In this document: positions 48,946 to 56,298 of the stretch, piece after piece
Layout of the letters: each line of letters starts with the position of its first letter
Numbering within the stretch: position 1 is the stretch's first letter
NCBI GenBank assembly: GCA_964598205.1
Contig: CAZRBB010000002.1
Span: 52,459-116,458, forward strand
Direction of reading: 5' to 3'
DNA length: 64,000 bases
Source: an uncultured Candidatus Saccharibacteria bacterium
Lineage (GTDB): Bacteria; Patescibacteriota; Minisyncoccia; CAIUEV01; JAHKAQ01
The notes under the pieces: generated by a model
What the model saw: the letters and a program-made list of their open reading frames with translations, nothing else
Databases searched by the model: none
Told to the model about the DNA's origin: nothing
Made by a program: the position numbers and the translations under genes

Positions 48946-49916
48946 ATGTTCATGAGATATTTTATGGGGTTATGATAAAATATATCCTTAATTAAATCAA
49001 TCTTTTTTATTTCTTTAATCGCTTTATTCAGGATCATTAAATCAAACTTTCTACCCATTCCATGCCTTTCTCCGTTTGACCAAATTTGAGCATCAAAGGG
49101 CGAGTCTCCCCCGTATAAAATTTTATTCGGAAATAGTTTAATAATGTCCGTGAGTTTTTTTGTGCAAAGCTCAACTCCGCTTTGACCATAGACAGAATCA
49201 ATTACCACGCTCCAGGGAGAAATGTCTAAATATACATTTTTTATTTCTTTTATTTTCTTTATTTTTTTATCCAGAAATCCGGCATGCGCAATGCTGATTG
49301 TTAAATCATATTTAACAACTTCACTTATAAAATTAGAGAGGATATCGCTAAAATCGCCGGGAGTATTACCTCTGCTACAGTGCAATAAAATAGGCAACTT
49401 AACTCTTGATAAAAATTCAAAAAAACCAGTGTTTTTTAGATCTCTGATGTTGATTTTTCTGGCAGATGGATGAAGCTTAATGCCCATAACGGGAAAAACG
49501 CTTTTTTGGATATTTTTTTCAAGTTCACAAAAATCAGTTCCTATATCTACGCTTATAAAAGGAAGTGGAATTTGATTTTTATTTTTCTTGTACCACTTAG
49601 AACAAGCATCTAACAGCTCCTTGTTAATTTTATTATAAACATCCTTTTTATAGACAGAATTAGCTTTTATTTTATTGGTATTATTTTTTGAAAAATAATA
49701 CCGGGGCATCGTTGTTACAACGGTTGCTATGTATTCGTGATTAATTATCCAGTCCTGATTGTTGAGATTTTTAAAGAGTTCGCCTATCTTTTGATTGTAG
49801 GTATGTTCAAAATCATTTTCAAAAATTAATGTTTCCGTCCCTATGTGCTCATGGGTGCTTATAACGCATTGATTATTTTTTAAGATGCCCAAAATTTTAT
49901 CCCTTGTTAACTTCAT
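48942..49916 (-). CDS. Amidohydrolase-family TIM-barrel metallo-hydrolase
   Basis: HEH, GIKLHP, LLHC, IAHAG, YLDIS and YGGDSP motifs. Confidence 0.8.
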   Translation of the reverse strand: MKLTRDKILGILKNNQCVISTHEHIGTETLIFENDFEHTYNQKIGELFKNLNNQDWIINHEYIATVVTTMPRYYFSKNNTNKIKANSVYKKDVYNKINKELLDACSKWYKKNKNQIPLPFISVDIGTDFCELEKNIQKSVFPVMGIKLHPSARKINIRDLKNTGFFEFLSRVKLPILLHCSRGNTPGDFSDILSNFISEVVKYDLTISIAHAGFLDKKIKKIKEIKNVYLDISPWSVVIDSVYGQSGVELCTKKLTDIIKLFPNKILYGGDSPFDAQIWSNGERHGMGRKFDLMILNKAIKEIKKIDLIKDIFYHNPIKYLMNI

Positions 49917-49929
49917 ATAAAATCGTATT

Positions 49930-50826
49930 TTATTTAAATCCTTTGATCATTTTTTCTGTTATTTTTATTTTCTTGTCAACAAAAATACTTATATTTTTGA
50001 TATTAATTTTTTCATTAATGATGCTGTTATATAAATCATAAAAAAATGAAAAATGATTTTTTATTAACTTTTCTCTATTTAATGGTTTAATTTTTTTAAA
50101 TTTAGTTGTGAAATCATAATATAATGGATAAAGAGAATTTCTGAACTGAATAAGTCCATAATAAAGAAGCGCTGTTTTAGTATCTTTAAAGTAATCTTCG
50201 GGGACTATATTGCTCTGCTGAAAGGGCTGGCTTGGATCGGGCAAGCTCCATTCATGCATTTCTTCGCCAACGCTTGTTCCCGGTAACACAACAAGTTTCC
50301 TTGTAAAAACAAAAACATCGTAATAGTCAATTTCCTTAATAATATCAATGTTTGCCTTAACATCTTCAATCGTCAGCTCCGGATCAAAGGTTATTATTCC
50401 CGGGTTGATTTTTATTCCATAATTATCCAAAGCTCGAGCTACTTCTTTTATCTGTTTTAATGTTATTCCTTTTTTGTATCTTTTAAGAACTTTATCGGAG
50501 CCAGATTCTATGCCTATAAATAAATACTTTAATCCCGAATCAGCCATTATTTTTAATAGATTCTTTTTAATCAAATAGATGACAGAGGTAATTCTACTGT
50601 TAATATAATAATCGATTTTAATATTTTCTTTTAACAGCAGTTTGGCAAAATCTACAGCCCTCTTGGTTCCCTCCTCAAATGGGCCGAAAAAATCCTCATC
50701 TACGAAAGTAATTTTATCGATAGAGTACTTTTTTTGTAATTTTTTTATTTCTTTAACGATCAATTTTGGAGACTTACCTCTGAATTTAGGGTGATTGGAA
50801 ATTTTTTGGTAAGGCGGTAAATAACA
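49930..50826 (-). pseudogene. 5'-truncated radical SAM enzyme (B12-binding/class B-like C-terminal portion)
   Basis: The frame upstream of the TTG reads CYLPPYQKISNHPKFRGKSPKLIVKEI...FVDEDF...FIGIESGSD.VL...KG. Only the last Cys of CxxxCxxC remains, and an in-frame stop lies 7 codons upstream of it. Confidence 0.75.
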
Positions 50827-51437
50827 ATTGGAAATTCTTTGGTTTTAATTATTTCTTTCAGATATTCTTCGGTTTTTCTTGGATTCGTGCTGATTCCATT
50901 AGCAATGTTTTCCATTAGCAAGACAGTTTCTGCTAATATTTTTATGTAATCTTCAATTATCGGCAGTAATTTTTCTATTTTTCCTTTTATTTCCATTTCG
51001 CAATGGTAAAATTGATTTAAATGACGCTTATCTGCGTTTTCTCCTCGCATTGAAGGTAGGTAGCAATAGACTTTGTCAAAACCGTTCAGAAGCAATGGCT
51101 CAAATCCAAATTGTGAAGAGTCAACTAAAAATGTTTTAAATTTACCAAATTTTATAGAAACGGGTTTTGAATCAGATCCCGGACCCATAGGAGAAGAAAC
51201 GCTTGGAGTAAGCATGAATAAGTCAATATTCTTTGCTTTTTGTGTTGCGCTAAAATAATAGTCAGAACTGATCTTAATATAGTGTCTCATCACAATCAAT
51301 GCGTAATAATAGCCACTATTGCATAAATGTTTATAGTGATTGTTTGGACAATAGGTGGGTAATTTACAAGATTTGGTGTTTTTTTTAAAGTTTATATCGT
51401 CTTTGATAATCGCTTGTTTTATTTTTTTCGGTAACAT
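50760..51437 (-). pseudogene. AsnRS-like class II catalytic-domain protein lacking the anticodon domain, 3'-truncated
   Basis: SSPMGPGSDS, LVDSSQF and motif 2 MRGENADKRHLNQFYHCEME. No OB fold. Motif 3 is absent and the last about 20 aa are read out of frame from the radical SAM gene. Confidence 0.75.
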
Positions 51438-51578
51438 AATTTCAAATTATTTTGGATTTAGCAGTGTAATATAATTCTGAAACAAAGTCGACAATTTGTA
51501 CAGTTAATACCTTGTAGCGACGTTTGAAAAGTGTTATTGAATATTACATTCAATAAAAACTATCTGTAATGGCCAATT

Positions 51579-51611
51579 AAAAACAAGACGGGAAAATCCC
51601 GTCTTGTTTTT
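51579..51611. terminator. Intrinsic terminator after rplL (bidirectional)
   Basis: AAAAACAAGACGGGA-AAA-TCCCGTCTTGTTTTT. Confidence 0.85.
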
Positions 51612-51685
51612 GGTAATACTTGGACAATCAAGCCCACTTTGACGGAATCATAATATTAAGTCCGCCAAAATCAAGCTTAATGCGA

Positions 51686-52135
51686 TTATTTTAATTCTAC
51701 AGAAGCTCCTGCTTCTTCTAGTTTTTTCTTCATTTCTTCGGCTTCGGCTTTAGGAACATTTTCCTTGATTGCCTTAGGAGCCGCATCCACTAAATCTTTA
51801 GCTTCCTTTAATCCTAGACCAGTTAATTCCTTAACTGCCTTGATTACATTGATCTTGGAATCACCAGAAGTAATCAACATTACATTGTAAGAAGATTTCT
51901 CCGCTTCAGCGCCTTCTCCGCCGGCAACTGGAGCAGCCGCCATCATTGCCATTGGGGCAGAGGCGGAAACACCAAACTTTTCTTCTAGCACCTTAACCAA
52001 TTCGGCTAGGTCTAGAACACTCATTTTCTCTATTTCCGAAACAAGTTTTTGAAACTTTTCGGGAACTTCTACTTCTTTTTTAGCTTCTTCCTTGGCTTCT
52101 GGAGAGGCCACGGTTTCCTTTTTTTCTTCTGTCAT
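51686..52135 (-). CDS. rplL: 50S ribosomal protein L7/L12
   Basis: [31 protein letters not shown] and [11 protein letters not shown] motifs. Confidence 0.97.
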   Translation of the reverse strand: MTEEKKETVASPEAKEEAKKEVEVPEKFQKLVSEIEKMSVLDLAELVKVLEEKFGVSASAPMAMMAAAPVAGGEGAEAEKSSYNVMLITSGDSKINVIKAVKELTGLGLKEAKDLVDAAPKAIKENVPKAEAEEMKKKLEEAGASVELK

Positions 52136-52165
52136 CTTATTTTCTAAAAATTATTAATAAAAAAA

Positions 52166-52684
52166 TTAAGCTTTCTTTTCTTCAACGGCTTTTAATACTG
52201 TAACCAAGCTTCGCAAGGTACCACTAAGAACTCCAACAAAATTACTGATCGGCGCTCTAATAGAACCTACCGCCCGAGCAATTAATTCTTCCTTGCTAGG
52301 TAATTTGGCTAAGCTTTCCATTTCTAGGGCCGATAAATAATGGCCTTCTAGAATGCCACCGGTTATTTTTAGGTTTTCGTTCTTTTGGGAAAATTCATAA
52401 ACCGACTTGGCCGGCAAAACTTCTTCTTCTTGGGAACTAGCTAGCGCCAATGGTCCCTTGTGGGTTTTGACATCGGCTTCTATTTTTAGCTGATTGAGGG
52501 CAATCTGCACTAAGCTTTTTTTGTAAACACCGTAAGTTGTTTTTTCGGCGAAAAGCTTTTTTCTTAGACTGGCAACATCTTCGGCTAAAAGACCTTTGTA
52601 GTCGGCAAAAACAATTGATTTGGCGTTTTTAATAACTTCTAAAAGATTTTCTACTACCGCTTCTTTTTCTTTTCTTTTAAGCAT
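52166..52684 (-). CDS. rplJ: 50S ribosomal protein L10
   Basis: DYKGL, LRK, KKSL, GG.LEG and LAKLPSKEEL motifs; directly upstream of rplL. Confidence 0.95.
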   Translation of the reverse strand: MLKRKEKEAVVENLLEVIKNAKSIVFADYKGLLAEDVASLRKKLFAEKTTYGVYKKSLVQIALNQLKIEADVKTHKGPLALASSQEEEVLPAKSVYEFSQKNENLKITGGILEGHYLSALEMESLAKLPSKEELIARAVGSIRAPISNFVGVLSGTLRSLVTVLKAVEEKKA

Positions 52685-52689
52685 CTGTT

Positions 52690-52782
52690 TTAAATTAATA
52701 ATTTCTAATTCTGAATTTTGATTAAAATTAGAATTCTGAATTTTAAAATTTAATCGAAATTCAAAATTCTTAATTCTAAATT
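52690..52782. repeat. AT-rich heptad repeat array (same family as 28420-28562)
   Basis: Contains TTTAATCGAAATTCAAAATTC at 52749-52769, identical to 28529-28549. Confidence 0.7.
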
Positions 52783-52868
52783 AAAAAAAGATGCTCCCAA
52801 GCAAAAGCATCCTTACAAATTACTGACGCTCCTCGGTAAGACTTAGGGGAATGCTTACTGTCTTGGGA
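52783..52868 (-). ncRNA. Ribosomal protein L10 leader with attenuator terminator
   Basis: Minus strand CCAAGACAGTAAG...TAA..CTTACCGAGG matches the L10-leader core. It is followed by the hairpin GGATGCTT...GAGCATCT and a U-tract, upstream of rplJ. Confidence 0.8.
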
Positions 52869-52952
52869 TAGGCAAATTTTCTGTTCGTATCCTAGCGAAT
52901 TATTTTTTAGAAATCAAGAGCATGTAAAAGTAAACGCCAAATCCATTCGGAA

Positions 52953-53375
52953 TTAAGCAATTATATTGCTACTTAGAAAGTCATTTTTACACATCCAATC
53001 TTCTAGAATAATCCGCGCCGCTTCTTGGTGGCTTTTTTCTTGGGAAGCGTATCTTTCTACCAACTTGGTAGTCATTGTTTCGTCGGCCTCTTCTAGGATT
53101 ATACTAGGAACTTCTTTTTTTAGGAGGGAAAGAAAAACTCGATTTGCCGTTAGCTGACCTTCTCCGTGGACCGAAGAAAAGGGCATCCCTATTACAACCA
53201 CTTCTATTTTATTTTCTCTAATTACCTTGGCTATTTGCTTTATTTTTTCTTCTTGGGATCCGGTAACCGTTGAAAATCCCAAAGGCATTACTCGGCCCAA
53301 AGAAAGAGCAAGACCGCAGTTTTTACGGCCATAATCTATTCCTAGAAAATTAGCTGGGGTTTGGTGGTTGTTCAT
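52953..53375 (-). CDS. ruvX: YqgF/RuvX-family nuclease
   Basis: LGIDYG...GLA, VVIGMP, DETMTT and AARIILE motifs. Confidence 0.85.
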   Translation of the reverse strand: MNNHQTPANFLGIDYGRKNCGLALSLGRVMPLGFSTVTGSQEEKIKQIAKVIRENKIEVVVIGMPFSSVHGEGQLTANRVFLSLLKKEVPSIILEEADETMTTKLVERYASQEKSHQEAARIILEDWMCKNDFLSSNIIA

Positions 53376-54112
53376 GTTAGGACAATTCCTCCTTCTTTTC
53401 CTACTGCTAGAGTGTGTTCAAAATGAGCGCAAAGTTTTTTGTCTCGCATTATAAAAGTCCAGCCGTCTGGTCCCAGATCTACTTCTGGTGCTCCCATGGC
53501 GATCATTGGTTCAATGGCAATACACACTCCCTCTTGAAGCCTTTCACCGGTTCCTTTTTGGCCAAAATTAGGAACAGCAGGTTCTTCGTGGACCGCATGA
53601 CCAACACCATGACCAATCAGTTTCCTAATTACCGAATAACCAGCAATCTCCGCGTGTTCTTGAATAGCAGCTCCTAAATCCCCTAGCCTGCTACCGGCAT
53701 AGGCCATTTTTATTCCAATGGCTAAACATTCTTGGCAAGTAGTCATGAGTCTTTCCTGTTCCTTGGTAGACTCGCCACAAACAAAGGTAATAGCAGCGTC
53801 CGTGTAAAGCCCATCCAAGAGAACGCCTAGATCATAACTTACCAAATCCCCTTCTTGAATTATTTTTTTTCCAGGAACACCATGGACCAGTTCTTCGTTT
53901 AGCGAAAAGCAAAGATTGGCGGGAAAACCGTCATAGCCCAGAAAAGAAGGCTTGGCGCCTTTTTCTTTTAAGATCTTGCCGGCTAAAGAATTGAGTTCTT
54001 GGCAAGAAGTTCCGGCATGAGTCGCTTCTTTTAGAAGCAAGAGAGTTTCTTTTAAGATCTGACCACCGGCGCGCATGATTTTAATTTCCGAAGGGGTCTT
54101 AATTTTGGCCAT
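53372..54112 (-). CDS. map: Methionine aminopeptidase type I
   Basis: NEELVHGVP, D.G....YTDAA, GHGVG..VHEEP, AIEPM and AHFEHT motifs. Confidence 0.97.
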   Translation of the reverse strand: MAKIKTPSEIKIMRAGGQILKETLLLLKEATHAGTSCQELNSLAGKILKEKGAKPSFLGYDGFPANLCFSLNEELVHGVPGKKIIQEGDLVSYDLGVLLDGLYTDAAITFVCGESTKEQERLMTTCQECLAIGIKMAYAGSRLGDLGAAIQEHAEIAGYSVIRKLIGHGVGHAVHEEPAVPNFGQKGTGERLQEGVCIAIEPMIAMGAPEVDLGPDGWTFIMRDKKLCAHFEHTLAVGKEGGIVLT

Positions 54113-54121
54113 ACCAAAAAA

Positions 54122-55390
54122 TTACATTCGTTCGTAACTCCGCATAATTAACTGACCTTCTATTTGCTTTAAGGTTTCTATTACCACTGAAACAACAATT
54201 AAAAGACTGGTTCCTCCTAAAGAAAGGTTCTGAATACCAGTAACCCATTGCATTACAAAAGGTAAAATAGCCACGGCACCCAAAAACAAAGCACCAAAAA
54301 GAGTGATCCGATTAACCACCGTACCTAAGTAGTCTTCGGTCTTTTTTCCAGGACGAATTCCCGGAACATAACCACCATTTTTTTGAAGATTTTCGGAAAT
54401 ATTTTTGGGATCAAAAGAAACCTTGGTGTAGAAAAAAGTAAACGCCACCACTAAAATAAAATAAATTATGGAATGAAAAATTTGATTTTTAAAAAATAAA
54501 TCTACATTGATGGCAATGTCTTTAACGCTCTCCAAGTTCATAGAAATTACTAAATTGGAAATCATGCTTGGAAAAAGCAAAACCGACATGGCAAAAATAA
54601 TAGGAATTACTCCGGCCTGATTAACTCGCAATGGAAGGTAGGTATTGCTTCCTCCCAGCACCCGACCACCACGCACTCTCCTAGCATAAGCAACGGGAAT
54701 ATTTCTTTGTCCTTCGGTTACAAAAATAATCATGGCCACAATAACAACGCTTAAAACTAAAAAACCGACATAGGTTAAAAGTTTTGATTCGTCCCAAGTA
54801 ACTAAGAATTGTTTAATATTGGCAGGAATTCCCGCCACAATACCGGCAAAGATAATTAAGGAAACTCCATTCCCAATCCCTTTTTCGGTAATCAACTCCC
54901 CAAGCCACATTAAGAGAAGGGTTCCGGCGGTAACAGTCAAGAGGACGAATAATGTTTGGTAAAAATTCATTTCCGGAATAATCTTTTGGCTCCGCAAAAG
55001 AGAAATCATGCCAAATCCCTGCATAAAAGAAAGAGGTAAAGTTAAAAGCCTTGTAATTTGATTGAATTTTTGCCGGCCAGCCTCCCCTTCTTCCCTGTAC
55101 CACTTTTCTATTTGGGGAACGACCATTGTTAGAAGTTGCATAATAATAGATGCCGTAATATACGGACCAACTCCTAGCATAATCAACGAAAAATTACTCA
55201 TACCACCACCAGAAAAAACATTCAGCATTCCAAAGAATTGATTTTGGGAAAAGAATTGGCGCATTCGCTCAACATCGATCCCTGGTACCGGCACTGCCGC
55301 CAGTAAACGAAAAGCAACGAGCATAAAGATTACCAATAAAATTTTATTTCGTAGCTCCTTTGACTTAAGAACCTGCCAAAACTTTTCCAT
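54122..55390 (-). CDS. secY: Preprotein translocase subunit SecY
   Basis: VPVPGID, LGVGPYITASIIMQLL, GIGNG.SLIIF, AGVIPIIFA, IRPG..T..YL and GGTSLLIVV motifs. Confidence 0.97.
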   Translation of the reverse strand: MEKFWQVLKSKELRNKILLVIFMLVAFRLLAAVPVPGIDVERMRQFFSQNQFFGMLNVFSGGGMSNFSLIMLGVGPYITASIIMQLLTMVVPQIEKWYREEGEAGRQKFNQITRLLTLPLSFMQGFGMISLLRSQKIIPEMNFYQTLFVLLTVTAGTLLLMWLGELITEKGIGNGVSLIIFAGIVAGIPANIKQFLVTWDESKLLTYVGFLVLSVVIVAMIIFVTEGQRNIPVAYARRVRGGRVLGGSNTYLPLRVNQAGVIPIIFAMSVLLFPSMISNLVISMNLESVKDIAINVDLFFKNQIFHSIIYFILVVAFTFFYTKVSFDPKNISENLQKNGGYVPGIRPGKKTEDYLGTVVNRITLFGALFLGAVAILPFVMQWVTGIQNLSLGGTSLLIVVSVVIETLKQIEGQLIMRSYERM

Positions 55391-55471
55391 AAGAGAATTA
55401 GTTAAAAAATCAGCTGTTTCTTAGAATAGCCTTCAAATTAAATAAAATCAATCATTAAGGACGAATCGACT

Positions 55472-55557
55472 TGGATTTAAAATCTTACTAATAGCTTCTT
55501 CTGTCAGACAAGGCTCTGAGTCTGCCCGAAGAAGCTATTAGTAAGATTTTAAATCCA
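55472..55557 (+). repeat. Long palindromic element, AAGGCTC-loop family copy 3
   Basis: Perfect 30-bp arms TGGATTTAAAATCTTACTAATAGCTTCTTC and its complement; apex CAGAC-AAGGCTCTGA-GTCTG. Confidence 0.85.
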
Positions 55558-56163
55558 TCATATTTGGTCTTCTTTCTTCTTAATGATTGCAATTAAGAGA
55601 GGCCAAATACCACCCGTAATCATTAGAATTCCGGAAAGGAGAATAATTCTTTCAAAATAAACACCGTTAATATTGGCAATGGATCCCGAAACTACGGTTA
55701 AAATGGCGGCAGTAAAATTCATAATCATTCCGTAAATTCCGTATTCCAGTCCTTCTTTTTCGTGGCTGGCATTTTTGGCAAAAAGCTTGCGACCAGCAAC
55801 CAAGTTTAAAGAGGAACCAAAACCGTAAACAAATTGCAAAAAATAAAATAGACCTGCTCCAGTAATGTAGGGAAAAAATAAAAAGGGAAGCCCCATTACA
55901 ACGCTTCCTAAAAAAAGAACTAACGCTTCGTCTACCTGGCCCTTTAATTTATCTAGTAAGATACCCGTCATTACTTGAAAAAGACCACTAGAAAAAAGAT
56001 AGATCCCCATTCCGGTTCCTACAATTTTTACTATATCGGCTTCTATTTTTAGGGCCAAATAAATTCCCATTAAGGGGAAAACAATATAATAGCCACCCCA
56101 AACAAAAACATCGGAAAGAGTAACCAAGGCAACCACTTTGTTAAATTTTGGTATCTTTTCCAT
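55558..56163 (-). CDS. Half-size MFS-like membrane transporter
   Basis: About 6 TM; G.L.DK motif A-like segment; EG.EYG.Y. Confidence 0.65.
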   Translation of the reverse strand: MEKIPKFNKVVALVTLSDVFVWGGYYIVFPLMGIYLALKIEADIVKIVGTGMGIYLFSSGLFQVMTGILLDKLKGQVDEALVLFLGSVVMGLPFLFFPYITGAGLFYFLQFVYGFGSSLNLVAGRKLFAKNASHEKEGLEYGIYGMIMNFTAAILTVVSGSIANINGVYFERIILLSGILMITGGIWPLLIAIIKKKEDQI

Positions 56164-56218
56164 TTTTGTTTTTAAAATTTTTACAATAATCCAAGTGCAG
56201 TTTCCAAAAAAAATTGTG

Positions 56219-56290
56219 TTGCCCGGGTAGGATTCGAACCCACGAATAACGGCTTCAAAGGCCGCTGCCTTACCACTTGGCGACCGGGCA
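56219..56290 (-). tRNA. tRNA-Gln(UUG)
   Basis: Minus strand TGCCCGG...CCGGGCA-A with U1-A72; anticodon arm GCGGC-CTTTGAA-GCCGT. Confidence 0.93.
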
Positions 56291-56298
56291 ATAAAAAA

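Noticed and set aside
50760-50836. Programmed frameshift producing a functional AsnRS-radical SAM fusion
   Set aside because: Both halves lack essential catalytic parts (class II motif 3; two of the three Fe-S Cys), so a fusion would not be functional.
28811-51578. Classical integrative element with att sites at tRNA-Val or the CAU tRNA
   Set aside because: No integrase or transposase gene is present, and I could not find a duplicated tRNA 3' end at either block boundary by eye.
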